Shown here piece after piece: positions 52,381 through 64,000 of a DNA stretch of 64,000 bases. Location: assembly GCF_006345805.1 (NCBI RefSeq), contig NC_043011.1, positions 16,628,464 through 16,692,463 of the forward strand, read 5' to 3'. Every line of letters begins with the position of its first letter. The first letter of the stretch is position 1. A program made the position numbers and the translations under genes. A model generated the notes under the pieces. The model saw only the letters and a program-made list of their open reading frames with translations, made no database searches and was not told the origin of the DNA. This stretch comes from Octopus sinensis. Taxonomy: Eukaryota.

Positions 52381-53180
52381 TAAAAATAAAAATAAAATCC
52401 CATCTGGCAATGATCAACAGACAATATACTGCATGTAACGCCAATCATCCAGATGTCTTGCAAGTGCTACCAGTCAAAAACTCTGCATACCAGAAGCCAG
52501 CAAGTGTATGGGGTCATCAGGAGAGAATGCGCGCCGTTTCGGGGCCTAACTCTCGACGGCATCAATGCGCACCGCCCCCCCCCCTCACTGATATGAGGCA
52601 CCGCTTGCTAGATCAGCTGGTTATCAAATAAGCTCAAAATCCTTCTAGCCATCGCTCATCGTCTCTTCTTAACCAAATCCAGTGGCTAGCCTTATCCACT
52701 GTAGATTGGATATCGGTCATGATGGTATTGACTTTAGGATGTGTTAGGCCTAGCGATAACAACAGTTGTCTCATACTGTGTCCAACGAACCCTCTACATC
52801 CGACTTCGATTGGAAAATGTTCCGCTTTACAGCCTGCGTCTTCACATTCCTCGAGCAGGTTTACATAACACTTAAATTTTCGAGCCCGAGCGGCGTCCAT
52901 ATTATCTTCATGAAGAACCGTTAACTCGACTATATTTACAACTTTCCTTCTTTCACACCAAATATCTGTTATTTTCGTAATTGGGATGGGAAAGAATCCC
53001 TGGCACCCAGGTAAATCTGCAGTCACCTCTCAATAGCAGTTCCACTTTTCATCTCTCACAGGAAGTTTCTTGATCTTCTTGAAACGGATCCGCTGACCTG
53101 GTCGCACGAAGATAACGAAATCTCTAGATGGTAATAACTAAGATTCTGGGGGAATTGAATTCTGTAAGTGTCTTGTACGC
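52381..53180 (-). mobile_element. HERO/NeSL-like RLE LINE 3' end
   Basis: DIW...IVELTVLHEDNMDAARARK..Y...FPIEVGCRGF restriction-like endonuclease motif set, followed by a 3' UTR and an (ATTTTT)n tail. Confidence 0.8.
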
Positions 53181-53325
53181 CCTAACGAGATACTGCAACA
53201 ATATCATTGACTAAAAAAAGTAAACTTAGTATTGGGTAGTGTATTTATATATGTTAATTGATTTACAAGACTGGGAGTGACTTAACTACTTTGAAAATTA
53301 CTGCAAAATTACTGTAGAATAATAT

Positions 53326-53535
53326 TGCTTTTAAATTTTAGCACAAGGCCAATAATTTTTGTGGAGGATGTAAATCGATTACATCGACACTAGTGCTCAA
53401 CTGGTACTTATTTTATCGATCCCGAGAGGATGAAAGACAAAGGTGACCTCGGCGGAATTTTAACTCAGAATGTAGAGACGGAAGAAACGTCTTTAAGCAT
53501 TTTGCACGCCATTCTAACGATTCTACCAGTTCAAC
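53326..53535 (-). mobile_element. Degenerate family A SINE (alternative tail)
   Basis: gacctcggcggaattt.aactcagaa and gcacaaggcc tail. Confidence 0.8.
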
Positions 53536-53539
53536 GTCT

Positions 53540-53725
53540 TCGTACCTCTTCTATACCAGTATCCTCCAGCAAGTTGTCGATATAGGTCACCTTCCTCCTT
53601 CCTCTCCTGTTTCTTCCTTCCGTTGGTTGCCAGATCTCTAGTTTGTTAGCAATTTCATCGGTGTCTGATGCATTGTCCAGCTAGCCTCATCCTTCAATGC
53701 TGTATCTTCAGCGTTACTTTTAGTA
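53540..53725 (-). mobile_element. RTE-type LINE 3' ORF fragment (inverted)
   Basis: RMRLAGQCIRH...IANKLEIWQPTEGRNRRGRRKVTYIDNLLEDTG across a frameshift. Confidence 0.7.
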
Positions 53726-53739
53726 GACCTCGTATTACA

Positions 53740-54730
53740 AAGTCATTCCCATTGTAAAATGTATCTCTCGTCTCATCAGATTTTAATTGGGAACACTGAG
53801 ATTTGAACAACAAGGATACTTGTTATAGAGCAATATTGCAAGTTTGTGCAAACAAATGAAGAAGCGGCAGCAAAACTGATACCGATAAAGAAGGGGATCA
53901 TCCGAGGGTAGAAAATAGCATGCAGTGAAGTACAAGAGGCATTTAGCAACTAGCAACACTTACCAACAACGATACTAAACAAACTTTACAAACAAAGAAA
54001 GAGGGCCTAAAACATGTGTATCAAGAGATTCAAGAAGAGGAACTGGATGAAATGATCTCCCAGGTCGAAAATGCAGACGCAAAGAGTAGGCATGGCGAAA
54101 GCTGGAGGTCGATTAACTCCGTCACTAGTAGCAAAGCTGCAAAACAGGGAATTCTCAAAGGGAAATAAAAGGACGAGAAAATCAAGAAATGGTACATTCA
54201 TCTCTACAACTTACCAGAAGTAATAAAATGATGTGATTTAGACATCATCCTTGAATTTACAGACAAACTACTAAATGATAATGTGAAGCCAGAACAATTG
54301 TCTGCGAAAGACTTGCTACCGCTGCCCAAAACTGGAGACCTACGTGATACTGGGAATTACAGAGGGATCAGTCTGCAATCCATTGTTGCAAAAATGGTCA
54401 ATAAGATGATACTTAACCGAATACAACCTAAGATGGTCAAACAATTGCGACCAAATTAAAATGGATTCAGATCGGGACGCTCAGCAACATTTCACACTGT
54501 CGCACTTAGAAAACTAATAGAAGGATCTAAGAACGATAACAGGAACGCTATGATTTTATCTATGTAGACTTTAAAAAGGCTTTTGATTCAGTACATAGAG
54601 GAATGATGATGAGGATATTTAAAGCATGTGATATTCCACAAAGAATTCTGAGAGCAATAAGCTGTATGAGAACACCAGAGCGAAAATGATCACTCCTGAT
54701 GGAGAGACGGAATGCTTTGATGTCAAAGCC
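53740..54730 (+). mobile_element. RTE-type LINE RT fragment
   Basis: PLPKTGDL..TGNYRGISL...N*NGFRSGRS...IYVDFKKAFDSVHR...LYENT...TPDGET. Confidence 0.88.
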
Positions 54731-55819
54731 TTATCTAAGGCGAATAGTTTGATTGGCATTGAAGCTGAAACTCAACTGCTCTCTTTCCTGTAATTCATTA
54801 CTTTATCCAATCTACTTAATATGCTTTAGAACGGTAGAAAATCATTTGAGGAGAATTTTGGCTATCGTCTCTTGAAAGTCAACCAGCAGCATAAGAAAAT
54901 TTGTAGGTTTACAGCCGAGTTGATTGGATGGACAAAGAGAAAGCAGAGGGAAAGTGCTCTTATTGGGTAACTAGCACCCGTGATGACACAAAGAGCTTCT
55001 TTCAGTACAATTAACATAGAGATGTTTTGTTTCACCTGCATCTTTAACGTATATTTTGTATTAGATTGTGTGTCAAGGATCTAAATTATGGAACTAATCT
55101 GATTCCTTAGAAACAAACTGGTGTTTTGAACGCGCGTCTTTTGTAATGGATGGTGTGATCAAGACGATATCCCAAGCTAAACGAGGCATGAAATGTTATC
55201 TTCCTCAGACATAACTGTTTCTTATCACCCTAATGTAGCTGACTGCAACCTGTGATGGTATATTACTACCACACTATACTTGAACACCTTTCTACGTATA
55301 CAAAATTAATGTTTCAAGTTGTACAAACTGTGAAACTCACTAGTTGTAAATTATGAATGACTAATTCCTCACTCGATGTAAGGTGTGTCTTCTTTTCCGA
55401 ACGTCTGTCATCTAATATTCTCTAATAATAAATCTTCATCAAATTTCAATCACACCGTCTAGCACTAAGCTTCCTAATAGGTGTCAAGTAGATTATATAC
55501 TAATCAATCTTATAAAAGGTTGTCTATCGACTATGTATGAAACAAGTATCATCTTAAATCAGTAACAGACAAATGTGAGTTCTTATTTATGTTAATATTT
55601 ACGAATAATAATTTTGCCTTAGCTTTTCATATTTCTAATCTTAGTTCAACGTTGTTGCAGTGTTTATGCCTCTGACAAAAGCGAATCAAATAGACACTTG
55701 CTCGAAACATTCACTTTATGACTATCCTGTTTTGCATTAAGACATATTATCTTCTATATACCTTGGTTTATTTTAAGGATAATGTGGCTGCTATTTCTAA
55801 GCAAAGTACAAATATATGC

Positions 55820-56080
55820 GAAATTACCACCTGTATCGTCTCTTGTAAAAAGCAGAAAATCCAGTTTGGTGGACATTGTTGTAGAGCTGAAAACGAGGTA
55901 ACTTCTACTCTTCTCCTCTGGAAGCCATCTGCTCATGACACCAGAGGGCGCACACTCCCCTACCTCGATGTAATCTCCAGGGAACAGGACCTTCGTAATG
56001 CAATGATGGACCGTGAAGCCTGGCGTAACATAGTAAATTCCATTATCTCGACCACGGTCAGACAATGATGATGATGATAT
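55820..56080 (+). mobile_element. RTE-type LINE 3' end
   Basis: QFGGHCCRAENE...LLLWKP...DLRNAMMDREAWR, stop codon, then a (TGA)n tail. Confidence 0.85.
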
Positions 56081-56289
56081 CTAACTGAAGAGTGACAACA
56101 TATACGCTCAATCATATTTTGTACTTGCTTAATCTGGTGAAAGAGATGACATGCATGACCCTTATAAGTCCACTGGCATATATGAGGTTGACGCTGTTAA
56201 TTTTCCTTTAAAACCGTAACTAGCCATCACCTGCAAGCAAACTATGACCAGGGTGAATATTTCAGGTGAAGTTCAGTGTCCTCATGAGA

Positions 56290-57420
56290 AAAGACATAAT
56301 ACTCATTGAGATGCTAATAGGTGTTGGAAGCAAAGAATTTTACGAGAGTTTCAATGGCAGGTGGGTTGTTTGTATATGAGACGAGCAGATACCATTACAG
56401 GTGTCATGTAAAAGGGTAGAGCATCAAGAAAGCACAAGTATAGCCCATAGCATGGAAGATCGGATGGATAATTGCATACCAAAAACGGCTGAAGGATTGC
56501 TGAGATCTAGAGCCATAACGTTGCATTTACAGAACCTCTCTAACATGAGATCTCACTGGTATATTATCAGCAACTATAAGCTTAGTAGACGTTTTACTGT
56601 AATTACTGAGGAGAAAGTATCAATGCGTTGGGGAACATCATGTTTAGTTTTTGCTTCTGTTACATTTGAGCGATATTTGGTTGGGCCGAAGTGGAGGGTT
56701 GGCTTTTTTGGAATTGGAGACCCTGACTCGTTCTTTCAAGTATCAGGATTATATTCATGTAAAGTGTAATAAATTAGAGTTCGGTTAGTAGAGAGCTACG
56801 TTCTGGGCAATGGAAAGGACATTATCAGAGTTGGTTGGTGGCCTTGTTTATGTTAAGCAACTGGAGGTATTTCCAGACTTGATATATAAGTATTTAAAGA
56901 AGATAGAGAGGCAATAAATTTGGAAGGAGAGCATTTGGAGGGTATTCGCCAAGAGTGTTTAATGTGGAATTGGATGTAAAACAGGCAGCGAAGGCAAATT
57001 TCTTTAACGGGATACTACTTACAGATCCTCTATTGTTTAGAAGAGAATACAAATGAGGACATGGCAGTGGGGTTAGAGACCTTTTTCGCAAGGGACCTGT
57101 AGGATCGGCTACAGTTTATTAAATAAGTAGACCTTGCAATATATGTGTAGCTCAAAGGCTCATTTGCATCATGTATAATTGTCTTACAGGAGTTGTGCTG
57201 ACGGATGTACGCCACCTAGTTTGATGGTGTAAGTATGATTCTCCTGATATTGTAGGACTGAATTCTTCCCGAACTATTGAAGAGCAGATACGAATAAATC
57301 ACTTGGGGAAGTTGGGAAACTCAGATTTTGTCGTGTGGGAAATGTGAAAGGATATGCCTAAATGGATGGTTTTCATCCCCTGCCAATTATTTTTTTCTGA
57401 TGGTTCAGGAGTGAAGCACT
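56290..57420 (-). mobile_element. Highly decayed CR1/Jockey-group LINE ORF2 (linker and RT N-half)
   Basis: FAACFTSNSTL..., LNINKA, PIPKK..P, NVMALDLS remnants across many stops and frameshifts. Confidence 0.6.
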
Positions 57421-58285
57421 TAGAAGATACCTTATTCATATGTTATTTCTCAAGTTATGATATAAAAAGCTTTGTCCGATGCCATCGTGTCATAATCTTT
57501 ATAAAGTAGTATAAATGGCAAAATTCTTTCATTTGCTTTCGTGTTATTTCTAATTAGAAATCTATAGTATGTTTAGATTCTGGAATATTAATCGTTGAAT
57601 TGTCCTGCTTGTTTTATATGTTTAAGAAACTTCTATGTTTTAAATTTCTATAATATATTCGCCGATTTTGCAGAGCGAAGTGATAATGATCGTGATATAA
57701 TATCTTTATAATAATGATTATAAATCAAAATGAAGAAAACTTTAGGTCAAGCTCGATGACAAGAAAAGCTATTTTTCTATTTCAACAAGTGTAGAAGTTT
57801 ATAAATTTACTTAATTAGTCTTAAATTTACTTATAAATTTACTTAATGAACCACTGATTCAGCATTTACTATAGAAGCTATGCTTCGTTGCTTAGGTGAT
57901 ATTAAGCTATGACATGCTCAGATTTGTCTGCTATACTAGCTAAATATATGAGAACAATATTAGTCATTAGCTAATATGTTATTTTCCCCCACATTTAAAT
58001 ATCACTCTTTATTTTAGATAACTTAATGCTCAATTAAATACCCTTTATCCAGCGATAGCATCTCCGAATAAATTGCTTCCAAAAAATCATTCGTTCATTC
58101 CCTCTCTTTTTTATATTGTCTTATAAACCTTACCACAAACCGGCAATCATCTATAATTGACTGTCCTCGGCAATCTTCATTCATTTTCTAGCATTTATAA
58201 ACCTACTGGCGAGGTTTGGCAGAGTCGCTTTAGTTATTGATAAAATTCCTGGCGGTGTTTAGTTGTATAAGATATGATATTTTAA

Positions 58286-58500
58286 GGCGGCGAGCTGGCA
58301 GAATCGTTAGCACGCCGGGCGAAATGTTTAGCGGTATTTCGTCTGCCGTTACGTTCTGAGTTCAAATTCCGCCGAGGTCGACTTTGCCTTTCATCCTTTC
58401 GGGGTCGATAAATTAAGTACCACTTACGCACTGGGGTCGTAATCGACGTAATCCTTTTGTTTGTCCCCTCTATGTTTAACCCCTTGTTGGTAGTAAAGAA
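58286..58500 (+). mobile_element. SINE family A, nested in an older family A copy
   Basis: TSD ataagatat at 58267-58275 and 58501-58509. The older head is at 58208-58262 and its continuation at 58510-58537. Confidence 0.9.
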
Positions 58501-59160
58501 ATAAGATATATTAATTCTGCCGAGCTCAACTTTACTCGTTGTAAGATTGTATTTAACCTGTTTCTGACAATGTAAATTCTGTGATCTATTCTGATCTAGT
58601 GAAGGAAGGATGCTGTCCTACCCGGTTATTCATAAAAAATACATATCTGAATATAACATGTACAATTCAACGCATCAGGCTGAAAATCAGACAAGACAAT
58701 GGATAGATGTTTGTGCAGATCTACTTGATTTTTCCTCTTTAACAGTTGTTCTCACGATATATCTATGAGTCATTTTCTTTCGGCCTAAATCATAAAACGA
58801 ACATTCAATATTTCTTAATGTGTCTAGACAATATTGTCCATTGTGTCTGTTCTCTCTTATCTTTCTGATCTTTCTGGAGGCAATTATAATTAATTTAAAG
58901 GAGCTTTGGCTGCTAGTTCTAGCATGCCCGTTAATAGGGGAAAAGCATCTTAATTAGAGTTTGAAACAAATGTCTTACACGTTCTCGTTGGAAATTGTAA
59001 GAATTAGACACTTTACAACAGCAAGTACGATCATTTGCAATTTTGTGTTCGAGCCATGCCAGGATCAATTTTACTTTTTGTCACAGTAATACTAATACAA
59101 TAAGCATCATTAATAAAATGCAATCAGACGAATTACCTGTGCATTCTACCTTTTCAAAAG

Positions 59161-59234
59161 AAGTATTGTATTTGTGCAAATGGAATTATTATATGTGTTA
59201 ATGTCCGTAACGAAATAAAATCAGATCTAATCAG
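59161..59234 (+). CDS. Candidate Cys-rich exon
   Basis: Acceptor ttctaccttttcaaaag, perfect donor CAG|gtaagt. Open in phase 0-2: KYCICANGIIICVNVRNEIKSDLI. Confidence 0.35.
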
Positions 59235-59529
59235 GTAAGTCTGATTTGATTTCTTTCATCGTACTTTACCCATTAAAGTCAGTTTCCATGTAGCAATTGA
59301 TGTTACGTCAGTTGGTAATATTGTATCAATATACAATGGTAAACTTTCTAGGAATATCTGTTATCATCAGAACTGTTCACACAGTAGTTGGCAAGTGTAA
59401 TAAATAAAATAGATTTATTAAAGATAAAAAAAATACTAATAAATAATGTCGAAAACACATTAACATAAAAAGTACATTAGTCACACGATCTCTTTATATA
59501 TACCAATTTATATCAATTCAGTACATCTG

Positions 59530-59681
59530 TCTCACACAGACACGCACGCACGCACGCACACACACTCATGTATGTATATATGTATATATACAAACGCGCA
59601 CATACACGCGTACATATTCACACATATACACACACATGTATATATATGTATATATACAAACGCACACATACACACGTACAT

Positions 59682-59733
<52 letters not shown>

Positions 59734-59775
59734 CACACAAGCATACACGCATGCATCCCCGGCGCCACACACATA
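59530..59775. repeat. (CA)n compound microsatellite
   Basis: Direct observation. Confidence 0.9.
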
Positions 59776-60108
59776 ATGTATCCTCTGTTCAGTGAGACTT
59801 GACTAAAGCTGGCTTTCAAGCCAGTAATAATGAGTGTTTATTGCAGTTAGTAATTGTTCAGAAAGCATCTAAGACTTCTTCCAAAAACTTTCTCTGCGTT
59901 CATATCAAACGTAGATAAAGTGACTCAGGATTCAATATCCTATGAGAGTGAAATGAAGACAGAAAAAGAAAAAGTATTGCCACATAGTTACTAACTTTTT
60001 ATCATAGTCTCCTTACGAGTCGGAAGAAATACTGCAAGGTATTTTGACCAATGATAAAAGGATTATGTGGACTGATCACCCCCTAATAACCACAACCATA
60101 ATATATAA

Positions 60109-60475
60109 CTATTTCTTTACTACCCACAAGGGGCTAAACACAGAGAGGATAAACAAGGACACACAAACGGATTAAGTCGATTATATCGACCCCAGTGCGT
60201 AACTGGTACTTATTTAATCGACCCCGAAAGAATGAAAGGTAAAGTCGACCTCGGCGGAATTTGAACTCAGAACGTAGCGGCAGACGAAATACCTATTTCT
60301 TTACTACCCACAAGGGGCTAAACACAAAGAGGACAAACAAGGACAGACAAACGGATTAAGTCGATTATATCGACCCCAGTGCGTAACTGATACTTATTTA
60401 ATCGACCCAGAAAGGATGAAAAGCAAAGTCGACCTCGGCGGAATTTGAACTCTGAAAGGTAGCGGCAAACGAAAT
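60109..60475 (-). mobile_element. Head-to-tail dimer of 5'-truncated family A SINEs (184-bp unit)
   Basis: Units start at 60109 and 60293 (ctatttctttactacccacaagggg), and both end at gacgaaat/aacgaaat. Confidence 0.92.
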
Positions 60476-61101
60476 TCATCTTTTTGGGGTATATAAAAAA
60501 AGTACCAGTTGAGCACTGGGGTCGAGCACTGGATTGTTCGCATCGCTCCGACGTATGAACATAGTAAAAGTTAATCTTTTACACTTCTGTTTCTCTTACA
60601 TCTCTCAAATTTACCAGTCCTTTTTTCTCACATCTGTGACCCATATACCCTTCTACTTTCTAAATTCTAGCTATTGATGCTCTCATTCATTTCTATATTA
60701 TAGTGGGACACTTTGAAAACGTTTAAACTTTTGCCTTTTTATATTCTATCAATTAATAATTTCCATATACCATTCAAAACTACAATAATGCACAACAGCC
60801 ATTGAAAACAAAGAGGTTGATTAATAGACTGAATGTCCTATGCTCATGAATCACTAGTGAAACTTTGATGGGGGCTACTATCTCTGGATCAGAGTAGACT
60901 TGATAGGAAATAGTGGCTAAAAGGTGATCCCATACTTTTCAAAACTCTGGAACCCCCGAATCATCGGTCCACTACCAGATGTAGCCTAAAGTCCACTACC
61001 AGATGTAGACAAAGACTACAGGACTACAGTAATAGTGAAAGATACAAGGAAAATAAAACCAATTCATTTGACATTCGTACCATCTCCAACTGTTAATAAG
61101 T

Positions 61102-61417
61102 TGTTGTTTCATCCTATGGGAGGAACAGTTGTTTGTTCCTTCTCGAGCCATGCCTGGCTCATAAGGGCCGGTTTTCCCGGTTTCCTTGGCGTATAGGTTC
61201 CGAACCTGGACGAGACGCCAATCGGTCGCAGGTGAGCTGCAAGATGCAGGAGGAAAGAGTGAGACGAAGTTGTGGCGAAAGAGTCGGCAGAAGTACGCCA
61301 TTACCTTCTGCCGGAGCCGCGTGGAGCTTAGGTGTTTCGCTCATAAACACACACATCGCCCAGTCTGAGATTCGAACCCGCGAGCCCGCTGCTCTAACCA
61401 CTAGGTCATGTGCCTCC
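61102..61417 (-). mobile_element. SINE family C'
   Basis: Homologous to 30097-30392. 14-bp TSD aact(g/a)ttaataagt at 61088-61101 and 61418-61431. Confidence 0.92.
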
Positions 61418-62164
61418 AACTATTAATAAGTATTACATTATAATCATGCTTTTCTCTTCTTTTAGTTAAAGCCTATATTTATATTGTATTTTCCTTACAT
61501 AAATATTAAATATATAACGTTTTCACTTCATCACCACTTCTATTATTAATATTTGTTGTTGTTTTTTGTTTTTGTTTTTTTTTTGTTCGCCGCTTCATGC
61601 ATAATATTGAGTTTGTTAAGTATAATTTGAAGTCACAACGAAATGATTAAAGTCATGAAGAAAAGCAATAAAACTATTATTAGAGAAATAATCTTAGCTA
61701 TGAAGGGAAATAATTTTCGTGTAGTTTAATAACTGGGAAATATTTTCTAATTTCTGTTTATATATTTCGTTAAATATCGTGTAAGCATTTGCGTCTGTGA
61801 ATGATAATTTTAAAAAAAAGTCTAAACTAACGTGTAATTACATAAATATAAAAAACTGAGATATGTTAGATTGTTGTACATATGCCAAAAAACATACATG
61901 TAAATATATAAAGATGTATGTATGAATCTATGTGTGTATATCTGTGCACACACACACATATATATACATACATACACACACACACATACACACACACAGA
62001 CACACACACACACACACATATATATATAAATATATATGCGTGTGTGTGTGTGTGGTATGTGCGTGTACAGATGTGTACAAATGCACATACACGCACACGC
62101 ACATATACATATATTTCTCTGTGTGTGTATGTGTATGTCTGCCTCTATATATGTATGTATGTTA

Positions 62165-63600
62165 TTATTCAGTTTATTTCAAGATTACTTGCCAATAAAG
62201 ATATGATTTTTAACCTAGATTCAAGGCCCCTTCATTGGAATTTGAACATCACAAACGGCATTTTTGTCTGTCTGTCTGTCTTTCTGTATGTATATATGTA
62301 TATTCGTATGCATGCATATGTGCAGAATTGTATGTTTTGTTTTATGTATATATTCTCATGTATATAGTTGCCTATCTAGAGATGTTCATATGTATTTGAA
62401 TGATAAACTTCTGGAGAGTTTTACAGATTTTTGCAGTTCAACTGATGGCTTAGGTCTGCTGTCTTCGAATTATCTTCATTCTTTCTGGTTTTGAGAAGCC
62501 TAATTTCTCAAGATTGGCATTTAGGCAGTATGTTACATATCTCAGGGCCCCAATAGTTACAGTTATAAACCTGAACTTGTAATCTGGATAGGGTAACTGC
62601 AGAATGCTCAAAAATTCAGCATAGGCATTCTCTTTTTCATTGCTCATCCGCTTTATGTTAACATCCGCTGGGCAGCTAATTTCAACAACTGTCCTCAGCT
62701 TCTCTTCTGTATCCCAAATCATTATATCAGGTCTGTTGTGTTTACATTTTACTGGGGTTTTCACGGGGACATACCACCAGTACTCCTTTTTATTATGAGT
62801 GGCTACGGCTTCTACCCTGCTGTGGGTCCTTATTTATTTGTCATGGGGTTATCCTTCAGACAGATTACATTATAGAGTGTCCTAGCAACAATATCCTGTC
62901 TCATCGGTTGATATAACCTTGCGGATACTTTCACACAACTGCTTATGTTATGATGTGGGTGATATCTTCGGTGTTAATTCCATAAAGTCTGCATCTGTTG
63001 TCACGTTTTACTGCTTTTCTTGCATCTCTATCCCTATTGAGCATCAGGTATTTGGTTGATATTTCTTGTTCCTGGATTACAAACGCATACCCTTCAAAGT
63101 GGGGGGTAGTAATCCGGCTATTGATCCATGATAGACTGCTTTGATGATCAATGTTACTATCATCTTGGAGCTTTATACTAACATATTCAGGTATAGTCTT
63201 TTGCTCATATATTGTTCTCTCGGTTATTCTCTCCTGATGCTGGAGCTTTTCACAGACAGCTTTTAGCTCCTGCTTGAGGGTAATCTCTTTGCAAGTGTGT
63301 GTCCTCTTGTTGTTGTCTGCAAACATCTTTTCTATCACCTTCTTATAGTGGGACGTACAGTGGTTTATTGTTTGGACGCAATAAGCATTATCACATAACA
63401 GATGGTCTTTCGTAAACCAGCTATCCTTTTCTCTGTCTTCAAATCCCATGATTGTACTTTCTTTTTTGTTTCGGTTTTGTTTCCTTTTTGAATGCCATTC
63501 ATGTACTGCTTTGTAGTAGTAGCCGGAGCATATAGACAGGCGTTAATCTGGCAGAATGTGAGTTCATCACACTGTTGCTAATATACTCCAATTTCTTTAA
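62165..63600 (-). mobile_element. R4/Dong-like RLE LINE, 3' part, decayed
   Basis: QEQEISTKYL...CRL....EDITHII (CCHC) and HNRPDIMIWD...VVEISCPADVNI...EKENAY (RLE). The 3' UTR ends against a (CATA)n tract. Confidence 0.85.
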
Positions 63601-63757
63601 CAGCTTTTAATACCGTATCTGGTGGATTTTTTTTTTACTTAGTTTGGTAGAGAATAGTCTCTCTTCGAGAGAGTACTTCAAAACCAAAGTTATTTTTTCT
63701 CTGAAAATTTCAGTAAGGGCACATTTCACCGTTATATAATTCTGACTATCATTACAA

Positions 63758-63986
63758 GGCGGCGAGCTGGCAGAAACTTTAGCACCTCGGGCAAAATGCT
63801 TAGCAGTATTTCGTCTGCAGCTACGTTCTGAGTTCAAATTCCACCAAGGTCGACTTTGCCTTTCATCATTCCGGGGTCGATAAATAAAGTACCAGTTACG
63901 CACTGGGGTCGATGTAATCGACCTAATCCCTTTGTCTCTCCTTGTTTGTCCCCTCTATGTTTAGCCCCCTGTGGGCAATAAAGAAA
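63758..63986 (+). mobile_element. SINE family A, full length
   Basis: TSD of at least 14 bp, tatataattctgac, at 63733-63746 and 63987-64000. Confidence 0.93.
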
Positions 63987-64000
63987 TATATAATTCTGAC

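Noticed and set aside
60966-61010. Short local tandem duplications (24 bp here; 18-19 bp near 36257 and 51070)
   Set aside because: These are ordinary slippage duplications.

Overview
This is strongly AT-rich eukaryotic DNA, very likely from an octopod cephalopod (Octopus sp.). That assignment is inferred from the tRNA-derived SINE families and the extreme density of (TA)n/(CA)n/(TACA)n microsatellites. Most of the window is repeats. It holds about 20 SINE copies from at least four families, three full-length mariner elements with intact TIR/TA ends (one is a single base short of an intact transposase), a DD37D/maT remnant and several MITEs. It also holds fragments of CR1-, RTE-, HERO- and R4/Dong-like LINEs, plus Penelope-like element (PLE) pieces. 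The most interesting structures are PLE-derived: an RT-less GIY-YIG cassette between 137-bp inverted arms whose inner edge falls inside a decayed hammerhead ribozyme, one hammerhead with an intact core, and further hammerhead-like folds with altered cores. Several splice-site-bounded, phase-compatible exon candidates suggest host transcripts on both strands, but I cannot name their products. There is no rRNA, genuine tRNA or CRISPR array. Most ORF-track entries are microsatellite artefacts.
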